Source: Zootoca vivipara (taxonomy: Eukaryota). From it: 64,000 bases of DNA. This document shows, piece after piece, positions 37,171-48,793 of this stretch. The number at the start of each line of letters is the position of its first letter. Position 1 is the first letter of the stretch. A program made the translations under genes and the position numbers. Under the pieces are notes generated by a model that was not told the DNA's origin, ran no database searches, and was given only the letters and a program-made list of their open reading frames with translations. Location of the stretch: contig NC_083292.1 of NCBI RefSeq assembly GCF_963506605.1, positions 27,652,001 through 27,716,000 on the forward strand, read 5' to 3'.

Positions 37171-40100
37171 TGGCTACCAGCCATGATGGCTAATGCTCTT
37201 CCTCCACTACTGGAGGCAGCAATGCTGCTGAATCCCAGTTTCTGGAAACCACAGGAGGGGAGAGAGCTCTTGTGTTTGGGTGCTGCTTGTCGGCTTCCTA
37301 CTGGGGCATCTGGCCAGCAACTGAGAGAACAAGATGCTAGACTAGATCTGTGGGACTGATCCAGCAGCAGCAGCAGCAGCAGGCAGGCTCTCAGGATGAG
37401 GGATATGCTCTGCATATGCTTGGCAGTTCTTCCAATGCCTTGCATGTTGTAGAGCTGAGAGCCCCCCCTCAGAGTCCTTTTTGGCTCAAGCTGACAGAGT
37501 TGTTCTAGCCCCCAAACTCCCTACATTATCAGAATTCGGCAGAGTCAAGATGGGAGCTGTAGTCCAAAACATCAGGCAGGCACCAGTTTGGGAAAGGCTG
37601 ATCTACATTTGCATTTCAGTTTTATTTATTTTAAAAGAAAAGAACTCAGATATGAATTTGCACTAGTAGTTCATGCTTTTCCGTAAACAAGAATTCACAT
37701 TCTTCATCCTACCATATTCCAGAGGGTATATAAGACTTATTTATCCATCTTCCCTGTCCAACTTGTAAATATTCCTTGTGAAAGGGGCCCAAGAGACTCT
37801 ATCCACCAGCTCTTGAATTTCACAGTATACACCACTTGAAGCCTTAGGTGGAATAAAGATACATCCTGTGAGGCCTGGAAGCTTGCCACTTCAATCATAA
37901 GTGCTGGAGAGTTTTGCATTGCTTTTTTTTAAAAAGTGCATTGCTTTTTTTTTTAAGTGACTATTGAGAACCATTTTGGATTTGCAGAAAGACTGGCTAA
38001 CATTCAGGCAATGCTAACAAGTGCAATGCTCTCTCCTCCTCCCTCTGGTCGCCCACAATTGTTTGGGTTATGGGATAGGGTGTAGCAAACATGGGTGCTC
38101 TTCAGGCAAGTGAAGGGAGGCCCCCTGCTCTTCTGCCACCCCCGGCACTTCACCCACTGTTGCTCAGGCTTCCTTGCCAACCCTATCATTCCCCCACACA
38201 CCCATGCCAATCATAGCTTGTCAGGATCCACGAAGCCACCCACTTCTGTCATTGTGTCCCATTGCTGCTGCTGCGTGGGAATTCGAGGTGGGGGGTGTTG
38301 CAGCACAACTCCCTGCTGGATCCTAACAAGGCTGGGGGGCTGGTGGGTGACTTGGCTGATCTGGAATGTGGGTGCTTGCCTGCTCTGGATGGGGATACAT
38401 CTCCCCCCAGGAATTGGGTCTCTGCAGTTTGAGAATGTTCGGGGGGGGGGGCAATGGCTTTCTGCAGCTTGAGGCTGGTATAGTACCGCCAGCCACTCCT
38501 GACCACAGTGATCCTTGCTCTGGGAACCTCTAGACTAGACTACTGTGATATGCTGTAAGTGGTGCTTCCCTTGAAGACTGGCTGCAAACTTCCTGTAATT
38601 CAGAGCAAATGGGACCAGCAAGAAAAACACTGCAGTCTGGGTTGCTTCATGTTCAAGACTTCAGTCACTCCATCCCTCTCCCTCAACAGTCAGTCTGCAC
38701 TGCCACCCTGGATGCTTGGCAGCAGCGAGGGTGGAGCAGAGAGGAAGAGATGAGGGGAAGGTTGCCAAAGCCAGGAAGGGCAGCCCTGGGGGAAAGGGGC
38801 AAAGGCTATTCATGCTCTGCCCTGCCCGCCTGCACTTTCTGGAGCAGCCTCCTTTACTTCTGCTTACAGTCTCGCTCCCCATTCCGCCCCCACTTGGGAT
38901 CCTAGGCCCGACTCAGCTTGGGGGCAGCCCAGGGGCTGCTTTCCTCCTGAGCTGGCTCCCTTCCCTTGAAAGGCTCGCAGCCAGCCTCATCCATTTTCGA
39001 AAAGCGGCTTTCCTCTTAAAAGCTGCCTTTCAAAAATAACCCTTTGAAAACATCCCGGCTACCCCGCCCCCCAAATCTCTGTCAACCAACAGGAACCAGT
39101 TTTTTTTTCCAAGTCAGGGAACAGAACAGAGCCACATCTCACTCTAAAGAAAAGGCTTCTCCCCTCCTGGGCTGCAAGCGGGTCTCCAGTCATAGAAATC
39201 ATAGAATTGTAGAGTTGGAAGGAAACCCAAGGAACACCTAGTCCAACCCCTTTGCAATGTAGGAATCCTGCCCACAGCCACTGCTGGGTCTACCAGAGGG
39301 TCTGAGCTGAGCTAAGGGGGGGGGGGAGGCAGTTTGCTTGAGGCCATTCCCTTCCTGGAGAGCCAGCTGCTTTTTTTAAAAGACTCAGAAAGGTGTAGGG
39401 AGGAGGTGGTTAAGGACCAAGGAGAGCTGAAGAGCAGAGCAGCTGCTTGGCTTGCAGAACGCCCCAGGTTCAATCCCTGGCAGCATCTCCAGGTAGGGCT
39501 GGCAATCGGGGATGGTGTAGCACTCAATAGTAACGGACCTGGGCCCCAGCAGCACTCAGCATTTGCAGCAGTATCATCCCACTTTGAGCTTCCCCAAAAG
39601 AATGCTGGGAAGTGTAGTTGGTTCAGGGTGCTGAGAGCTGTTAAGAGACCCCCTATTCCCCTCCTATAAGCTACAATTCCAAGAGTTCCCTGGGAACAGA
39701 GATTGACCATTAAACTACTCTGAGAATTGCAGCTCTGGGAGGGGAATAGGGAGCCTCCTAACAACTTTCAGGAACCTTGCAAACTACACTTCCCAAGATC
39801 CTTTGAGGGAAGTCATGCCTGTTTATGCAGTGCTATGATATGCCTGCAAATGCAGAGTGCAGATGAGGCCAGGGAGACTTCAGTTAGCACCACTGTGCAG
39901 CCACGAAGCTTACAAAGTATCCCGTGCAGAGTTGTTTTTTGAAAACAAGAATCTTTATTCCAACCTTCCTTAAGCAGCTCAGAGTGACATCACCTGTAAA
40001 TTCCCATTACGGCAGGGAAGGGGGAGAAAAATACTGATTTTTTTTGAAAAAATCTTTAAAAGGTGTAATGAATACAGAATTCCAACCCACCCCTTGCACC

Positions 40101-40752
40101 AGCTCTTGCACTGACAAGCCTCCTTGGACTTTCAGAGTCACATCCATGGCCCCTTCAGAGCTCCAGAGCCCACCCAAGCAGTGAGCAGGCCTCGCACAGG
40201 CAGTTGGATCAGCTCAAAATCTGCACCCATCGCTCGCTTGCAGGAACACCCCCCTTCTCTGTGCCATGCACGGTGCATGAGCGTTCACAACTGCCAGCAT
40301 GGGTGGGGCCCGTCCTTCGCCCCCGCAGAACGAGGCCGTGACTGAGCCAAAAGCGTCCTGTGTTGGCGGCGGGCAGGCCACAGCGCCGACTCTCAAGCCG
40401 CCCCTCCAGCGCACAGCCAGCTTCAGTCATTAGCTCATCAACTCAAGACTTCGGGACAATTAATCCTATTCCCCTTCCCTTGGGACGCAGCACGCCAACA
40501 TCCCAGTGCACGGTCGGCATAGCAACCAAGCCAGCAGCCTGATCCAGGGATGTTTATGTCCTCTTGCTGCAATGGAGGAGGGGGGTGGATGGGGAGGGGC
40601 TGCTGCTGCTGCTGCAAGGGATGAAAGGCAAACAGGTAGATGCCGAATAAGAGGCTCAGCCGGGCTCTTTATAGTCTGCTAGTTCTCTTCAGAAGGGCTG
40701 CTTACCAAGGCACTGCAGAGGATTCGGGCCCTGCCAACAAACTGGGAATCCC

Positions 40753-40900
40753 NNNNNNNNNNNNNNNNNNNNNNNNNNNNNNNNNNNNNNNNNNNNNNNN
40801 NNNNNNNNNNNNNNNNNNNNNNNNNNNNNNNNNNNNNNNNNNNNNNNNNNNNNNNNNNNNNNNNNNNNNNNNNNNNNNNNNNNNNNNNNNNNNNNNNNNN
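40753..40900. other. Assembly gap (148 N)
   Basis: Run of N. Confidence 0.99.
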
Positions 40901-41261
40901 CAAATGGCACCCTGAGTTTACATCGCAGACACTGCCCCAACTCTTCCTTGGGTACCAAGGAAGAGAAAGTAGGACTATCTTACAGCTCTGGGGTCCTCCG
41001 CCACCTGAGTCCACAGGCCAGGCATCCACAAGCGGCCTAGAGCACGTTTTGGGAAAGGATTTGGCAGCCTGAGAACGACAGTGCCCATTAAAAGAAAATA
41101 AAGATGCTAGTCCTCAGGGCTGCTAAGGCAAGTGTTCAAAACAAAAGCACAGTTATGCACAGTGCCTGGCAATTTCAGAATGGGCCTGAGCGCTGTGGTC
41201 AAAGAGGGCCTTCCGTCGCCCCTAACACACGTGTCCTCCACAGCAAAGCACACAAATGCAT

Positions 41262-41411
41262 GCTGGGACAGCTCAAGTTGGCAGAGCATGAGACTCTTAA
41301 TCTCATGGTTGTGGGTTCGAACCCCACATTGGGCAAGTTTCTTGGATTGCAGAGGGTTGGGCTAGAATGATAGCCCTTGCGGTCCCTTCCAACTCAACAA
41401 TTCTACGATTC
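41262..41411 (+). mobile_element. SINE with tRNA-Lys-like head and CR1-like tail
   Basis: gctcaagttggcagagcatgagactcttaatctc...ggttcgaacccc followed by gtcccttccaactc...ttctacgattc. A related copy lies at ~55455-55595. Confidence 0.75.
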
Positions 41412-42138
41412 GGAGATTCTATGCAAATGTGCCCAATCACACAGCAGGGTATCCTCTGATCCCTGCTGTGCTGGAGTACAGAACACTTTGGCCTGCAGTC
41501 TCCTGCATTCTTAACTGGACCACCTGCCAGCACAAAGGACATGTGCCCCCTCCTGGCTCAGAGAAGGGCCGTAGCTAAGTGGTGGAGCACCCGCTCTGCA
41601 TGCAGAAGGCCCCAAGTTCAATCCCCAGAATCTCCCTGGGATTTAAAAGTGGGACGACTCCACACAATCAAGGAAAAAAGTCCTGCGTCTTCTAAAACAA
41701 AACTAGGGAGAGGCTACTGCTCAGTGGTGGGATACCTGCTCTCCATGCAAAAGGTCCCGGGTTCAACACACAGTATAATGCATGGCTGTTTGTGATAGCC
41801 ACCCTGTCCCCAAGCTGATTTTTAAGGAGGCTACTGGGAAGTCATGACTGGGCTAAACTGGAGGTAGGTGGGTTAAGAGTGATGCTTAGTAAGTCCCCGC
41901 CTCAGAAGAGATTCAGGGCGGATAAAAGGAAGAATTTCTTCATGCAGCACATGGTCAAACTGTGGAACTCACTCCTGCAGGAGTTAGTGATGGCTTTAAA
42001 AGAGGATTGGACCAATTCATGGAGAAGGACAAGTTTATTAATGGCTAACAGCCACCATAGCTGTGCTCTGCTCCTACATGGCTGGAGACTGTAGAAATGT
42101 CAGACGTCTCATCCAGCCCACCCCATCTACCGGTACTA

Positions 42139-42393
42139 CAGTCATACCTTGGTTTAAGTACGCTTCGGTTTGAGTACTTTAAGTACTCCGCAGACCCGTC
42201 TGGACTTCCAGAACCAATTACACTCATACTTCGGGTTAAGTACACTTCAGGTTGAGTACTCCGCGGACCTGTCTGGAACGGATTAATCCACTTTCCATTA
42301 CTTTCAATGGGAAAGTTTGCTTCAGGTTAAGTACGCTTCAGGTTAAGTACAGACTTCCGGAACCAATTGTGTACTTAAACCGAGGTACCACTG
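42139..42393. mobile_element. Tc1/mariner (Tigger-like) MITE
   Basis: TA-flanked cagtcatacctt...gaggtaccactg, with internal ggttaagtac repeats. Confidence 0.82.
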
Positions 42394-45300
42394 TACTCTG
42401 ATGGGCAGAAACTCTCCAGGGTAACAGACAAAGAAAGGTCTTCCCTGTCATTTGCTACCTGGGTCTCTTAAAAGAAAACCCCAAGGGAAGCTAAGGGTTG
42501 AACATGGGACCCTCTGCATGCAAAGCAGATACTCTGCCCCTGATCTATGGGCCTTGTCTAAGAAGAACTGAACTCCTCCAGGTATGAAGGTATTTCATGC
42601 AGATTCCGGAGAGTCAGAAAATGTGAAACCCTGTGCTGAAGGAGTGGCCTCCTTAGGGCTGCACTGAATTCCTCCCAAGGACTTTAAAAACACAGAGGGA
42701 AAAGTGACCAACAGAGCTCTATTGGCCTCATCCTGAACTAGAAACCCCCAGAAAGAAACTGATCTCTGTGATGGGCACCGGCTGACAGCAACCTACCCAT
42801 TCCCTGATAAGAATCACGCTCAGTGGACAGGCAACACCACTCACCCTAGGGTTTGCTGGATGATGCCCCCAGGCAGCTCTTTGGCCTTTCCCAGGAAGCG
42901 TGGTGGGGTCTTCTGCCCTTGCCCAACAGTTCCCCACTCTCCCATAAAAGCTGCCCTTTCCTTGGTCTCCTCTCCAGAACACCCTGATTAAAATCAATCA
43001 TGGCCTTTTCTATATTAATGGCATCTTATTTGTATTGAATGCATCATTAATGTTAACGATCCCTGGGCGTCTTCCCCCACCCTCCCTGGACGGAGTGTAT
43101 TAATTGCTCACTTTGTAATTAAATATTAAGGCTGGGAGTTTTCACGCTTCACACAGCTGGCATATTTTTTGGGGGGGGGAGGGAGGCGTGTGCCTGAGTG
43201 AGAGACGGGGCTGGCGGGCGTCAGCCTCTCCAAAGAGAGGCAAGGTGGTTCAGCACGGATGCAAACACCCCCACGCAATATCGGACACCGCTTCTGCAAG
43301 ATGCACACACTTGCTCAAAATATCTCGGCCAAAGAGGCGTGCCACGGGGTGGTAGGCATGTGCCATAAAGAGAGAGGACAGCCCTCTCTTTGAAGGGCAA
43401 TCACATGACTGTCCTTTGGCACTGGCCTCTATTGGAAATGGTGGTGCAGTCCAAAGGAGGAGGAGTGGGGTCCCCTCAAGAGTTAGCAGTGCATGGACAG
43501 CAGGCACAGGCACACACAGGTCACCTTCTGGCACTTCCAGACAGGGGCTGAATATTTCAAATGGGTTGCTGAAAATGGGCTGTCAGCAACTGGGCCGACA
43601 CATGGCGTGTGTGTGGTTTTAAAAAACACACACAATTTTTTTCAAAGGGGTGCATCTATATTAAATGGGGGAAAGCCAATGACACCATCATGTGGACACT
43701 ATGAAAGGCTTAGCATGATCAGCACCCCACAATCACGGTCCTCCTACTAGAAGGAGATGCACTGGAATTCCATTAAAATCGCAAAGATTTTTCCTAAATT
43801 TGCACCTATGCATATGAATGAGCATGCCCTGTTTTTCTTGCAACGTACAAGTGGCAACCTGAGCATGCAAACACATAACAGAGAGGTGGACACTGAGCCC
43901 AAGACTTGCGCCGCCACCCCCAGTTCTGAAGGAGAGGCAAAGGGGCATGGACACCCGCAAAGTGCCAGGCTCAGAGCCCCAAGACACCTACATGGACAAA
44001 CCTGATGACCAGAGACAATCACAGGGCAGGGTCCTAACTTTGGCTGATTACATATATCTGAGGACAGAGCCACACACCATCTCAGCAAAGGCATCTTATC
44101 TTCCCAAGCCCCCGTTAAAAAAAGGCAACATAGATGCAGGGAGCTTGGGTGAGGGCAGGCTTTCAGGGGGAAAGAAGGGAGGGGGCTGAACTTCAGCAAA
44201 TCCCACCCTCCTCCCAGCTCTTCCTTGCAAATGCCCTTTGCCAGCCATGTGGTTAAAGAGGGAACGGCAGAGGTCTGTAAAGATTTGTGGACATAGGTGG
44301 AACTTAATTCTGTCTAAGTCTAGACATGAAGGGGGAAGGTGTGAAGCTGCAAACTCTCTTTCTTTGACTCCATACAACTTTAGTGCCACCAGCTAACTCC
44401 TGCCAGCACACAAACACACACACACACATACCCCAAATTGACATTTCCAAACAGGGCTGGGAATATAGCCATCTGAAATGCTGGAGAGCTGCTGCTGCTA
44501 ATTGCAGGCAAAACTGAGCCAGAAGGACCAATGGTCTGACTCTGTATTAGGCCCTTCATTTAGAACAATGAGGGCTGGAACCTTATTTCATTTCTAGAGG
44601 AAGGGCTATCGTTCAATCACCGATAAGGTGTTTTGCATGCACCTGGGCACAATCCTGACATTTCCAGTTAGGGCTGGGAAAGACCTCTGGGCAGAAACTA
44701 TGGAGAGTTGGGCTAATGGTGCTGTCTCTTGTGCCCCTACCCCCTTCCTTGTGATTCTGTGCACTGCCACATAAATTAATCTGGAATAACTGATTCCCCC
44801 TCTCCTTGCCTTGCAAAACATTAAGGTGGGAGCTCTCAACCCAGGTAACCTTTTTCCAGGACCACCAAATATCCAGGTTAAGAAGCACACCAGAGACACC
44901 TAGAGGTCACAGGCAAGCACACTCAAGGAAGCTGAGTTGCAACACCTCCTGGAAAAGCCATGGTCTGCTGTCTCGGTCCAAACTCCCTTCTAATTTGCAT
45001 TTCTAAAGTAAGCAAGTAAGGCACCAGTCTCCTTCTGGAAGGGTTAAGCCAAGATATGACCACTGAAAATGTCAGTCCTTCCTCTGCATTCACAGCAGGC
45101 CAGATCAGGTGTCTCTTTCTCGGAGAGACCTCCAGCCCATCCTCTAGTCTTGCTCTGAAGGATTCGAACTGCATTCCTCAGAGATGGGCCCTAAAAACCT
45201 CCCTCTTCTAGGCCATGAAGTCTCGGCCTGCAGTCATGACAGCAGATGTGCCCTGTGCTTGTTAAATTGGAGACATTTTACCTGCACAGCTTTTACTGTT

Positions 45301-45619
45301 GCTGAAGCTCGAAACCAATGCAAGACTATTGAGTAGGTACGGTAAATCATATTTTCAGTCTGTTGTCTGATTTCTTTGTTAAGCGGGATAAGAACAGGGG
45401 AAGCCAGCTTAATTCGTAGCTGGACTTAATTAAAAGAAGGCTTCACAGCCTATTCCTACATGCTTCAGTTTTGCTGCTAAGGGACTTTTAAAACTCTGTA
45501 CAACTCACACACATTGGGGCCTGGAGGGATAAAATGCAATTAATATATCCTCTCCTACCTATTACAACCCATCCCACACTCCTTCCTCCCCTTCTTTGTC
45601 TGACACATGTGACCCTAGT

Positions 45620-45713
45620 TGAAACAAAAAATAAAAAAAATCCTTCCAGTAGCACCTTAGAGACCAACTAAGTTTGTCTTAGGTATGAGCTTTTGTGTGC
45701 ATGCACACTTCTT
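45620..45713 (-). mobile_element. Penelope-like remnant with broken hammerhead core
   Basis: Single arm. 14-bp duplication catgtgaccctagt (45606-45619, 45714-45727). Confidence 0.7.
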
Positions 45714-46706
45714 CATGTGACCCTAGTCGGTATCCAGTTTCCCTCTGACACCCCCCTTTGTCTCTCCAAACCAATACCAAAACTTCCTCCTCCTCTTCCC
45801 TTGAACCAGTCTCACTGCATATGCTGGTTTTCCTCTGTGTTCCCAAATAGACTTTCGAGAATATATTTAGCTCGAAAACCCAATACAGCTCTTTCAAACA
45901 TAGCCTATCGTTAGCACGCTGGTTATTGATTCCGTTTAACGCCTTTGGTAAATATGCTGATTCCTTTTTTTTGCTACAACAAAATTGATTCTGGGTCTAT
46001 CTCCGAGGGCCTTGTTAACCCTTGGGGTCCCAAACGATAGAGTGCACCCAGGTCTCAACATCAAAAGATCCTCCCCAGGGCTGCACATGAGAACAGCAGG
46101 CTTGCAGGCAACTGCAAACCTCTTAAGACCCACCACAAGCCCTCCACTCCTCTCCCCTGGCACACACAGCTGCCCACAGTTCCACTAGAGGCAAGGAGCC
46201 ACCTGCACCCAGAGGAGGCCCCAGCAAAAAGATGCACCACACACAAACAGAGACTGTCCCTTGCCTGCAGGGTTGTGGCTGCACTGTCCTGCTGCAAGGG
46301 GGAGAGAGAAAGTTGTCCGGGGTGTTTGGTGTGCGCACCACACAAAAACAGGAAACGCTATTCTGGGCCACAGAGGGGAGATGCATGAGCCAAGGCTTCA
46401 TGCTCCTGCGAATGTTTCGAAATCACGCAACCCAACAGCGACAAGACAAAATGTTCACCACTCCAGTGAACTGCTCCCTCCTCCTGGACATCCCATGACA
46501 CGCACAGAGAGACAGATTAAGGCTTTTGAAGCACACAGAGGTCCTTTCTTCGCAAGGCACTTTTGTAGATAGCAGTTTGCAATTGTACACACCGTCACCC
46601 AATAACATCACCTAAAGCAGCAGCTGTATCAAAGTGGTCCATACACACAGGTGGGCATTATTCAAATTAGTGTGTAACAGTCCTATCTTTCCCCCTCCTC
46701 TTAATT

Positions 46707-46840
46707 CAGGCTTCCTTAACCTTGGCCCTCCAGATGTTTTGAGACTACAATTCCCATCATCCCCGACTACTTGTCCTGAAAGCTAGGGATCATGGGAGTT
46801 GTAGGCCAAAAATCTGGAGGGCGGAGGTTGAGGAAGCCTT
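46707..46840. mobile_element. Palindromic hAT MITE (diverged subfamily)
   Basis: Same internal sequence. Near-TSD tcttaatt/ccttaatt. Confidence 0.8.
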
Positions 46841-46987
46841 CCTTAATTAATGCTTCCATAGACCACCCACACCCACCCACCCACCCACATCTAATGTATC
46901 TGTCTTTCTACCTATCGATCTAGTCTTTCAGAAGAGAGGGGCTAGAAATTGGCGTGTTGACATACAGTACCAGTAAATAGTACCTGC

Positions 46988-47203
46988 TAGGGTTGCCAGA
47001 CTCAATAGAGGACAGGACTTCTGTGCCTTTAATTGCCCTGCTCTCTTTTGAGTCTGGGAACCTTAAAGAGAAACCAGCAGACCCTTTGTTTAATTTCCAA
47101 GCAAAGGGTCTGCTGGTTTCTCTTTAAGGTTATCCAGACTCAAAAGAGAGCAGGGCAATTAAAGGCACAGAAGTCCTGTCCTCTATTGAGTCCGGCAACC
47201 CTA
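46988..47203. mobile_element. 216-bp near-perfect fold-back hAT MITE
   Basis: tagggttgcc...ggcaacccta with ~100-bp arms. 8-bp TSD gtacctgc. Confidence 0.9.
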
Positions 47204-47206
47204 GTA

Positions 47207-47430
47207 CCTGCCAACCTAGCAGTTAGAAAGCACGTCAAAGTGCAAGTAGATAAATAGGTAAACACCGTTTCCGTGTGCTGCTCTGGTTCGCCAGAAGCGG
47301 CTTTGTCATGCTGGCCAAATGACCTGGAAGCTGTACGCCAGCTCCATTGGCCAATAACGCGAGATGAGCGCCGCAACCCCGGAGTCGGTCACGAATGGAC
47401 CTAAAGGTCAGGGGTCCCTTTACCCTTTAC
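47207..47430 (+). mobile_element. 5'-truncated Sauria SINE
   Basis: Core plus 3' end. Flanking duplication taccagtaaa at 46968-46977 and 47428-47437. Confidence 0.85.
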
Positions 47431-48724
47431 CAGTAAACAAGGGCATACAGAGGTACTGCTTCCACCTTTAGCCCATTTCATCTAGAAACATGGCAAGGGC
47501 CATGCGAGGCCAGTAGGTCTGCCCCAATCGGAGGTGACCTGAGGAAGCTCTCTCTCTCTCTCTCTCTGCATACACATGTAAGCAGCAAGCTCTTAGGAAG
47601 GGCATCCATGGCACAAAGCGGATTATAACCACTCTTGCAGAATGTGCCTTAGAGTCACAAACAGCATGGGGATGACATCGCATGTACAGCACCTGCCTCC
47701 AGCACTGAATGCACATTATCACTCAGCACGTATGGACCCTAAGTCAGCATGTCATGACCACTGAGCATGCTCAGTTCTCATTGGGCTTTTTTTTTTTTTA
47801 GTTAGTTAGTTATAATGCACACTAAGTATTTTTTGGTAAAACTTCTGTAAACCCCAGGAGTTCCCTCAAGCGGTGGGCCCTTCTCCGGCCACATTAGCAG
47901 TGGCGAATTTTAAAGAATTGCATCAATCAACATCAGATTTAATAATAATGTTAATAATAGGTACCTATAGCAAATTATTCAGTGCTTGAAATTCTCTCCT
48001 CCCAGACTTTTGTAGGAAAGAGTGCCGAAGTTTAAGGCTGCAGCCCCTGGGTGCAATTTCCTTGGAATAGGCTCCAATGCGCACAGTGGGATTTACTTTC
48101 ATTCTCACTGCCACCCACCATTTCGCAGATCCAACTAAAGAGGATCAGCACCATAATGTCATTTCATGGGCGACTTGGGCTGTGGGTCTTGGGTGGCGTC
48201 AAAAAAGCAATGTGGAAACCGAAAGTCCCGATCATCATGAAGCACATGCGATGGCTCCAACAAAGCAGCTTTCTCCCACCTGGTGCCCCTCCAGATGTTA
48301 TGGGTCGCTGATGGGGGTGGTAGTCCCAAACATCTGGAGGGGCAGCACATTGGCAAAGGCTTTAGCCGACAGTGGTGGATGCCTAGGTGCCAAAGGGCAG
48401 GCAGCAACAGAGCTGTTGAATGTGGGGCAACTTAAGTGGATGTGGGCAAAAGCAAGCTTCTGGGTTTCACCAAACTCTTCAGCCACGTTACTAGGAAACA
48501 AAGCTGCAATTAGCAATATTGGCCTTAAGGGAACAAGAAGTGCCACTGTTTCCCAGTCACTTCCACTTATGCGGACGCCAAAAGCCTGCTTACTCTATGG
48601 CAACATAAATAAGGTAAGCCAAGCAAAGAGGTCCCATTTAACCGAATTTGCACTCCTAATTCAGCTGCGGGCACGCAGAGGCTTTGGGGTTGGGGAAAGG
48701 AGGAAAGGGAGGGTTTACACTGAC

Positions 48725-48793
48725 CTTTTGATGTCTGGTGCACCTCACTGGCTCCTCTCCCAGCCCCCCCTTCCGAGTACAGTAGGGACCCTA
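48725..48793 (-). CDS. NRXN2: Neurexin-2-alpha SS1 exon (69 nt), VGSLLYSEGGAGRGASEVHQTSK(G)
   Basis: ctaat...ttctgcttctccag|TAGGGTCCCTACTG...ACATCAAAAG|gtcagt. Phase 1/1. Homologous to the NRXN2-specific insert VGSLLFSEGGAGRGGAGDVHQPTK. Confidence 0.93.

Noticed and set aside
41262-41340. Functional tRNA-Lys gene (also Ile-like 54645 and Ala-like copies)
   Set aside because: Stems are mismatched and each continues into a LINE-derived tail, so these are SINE heads.
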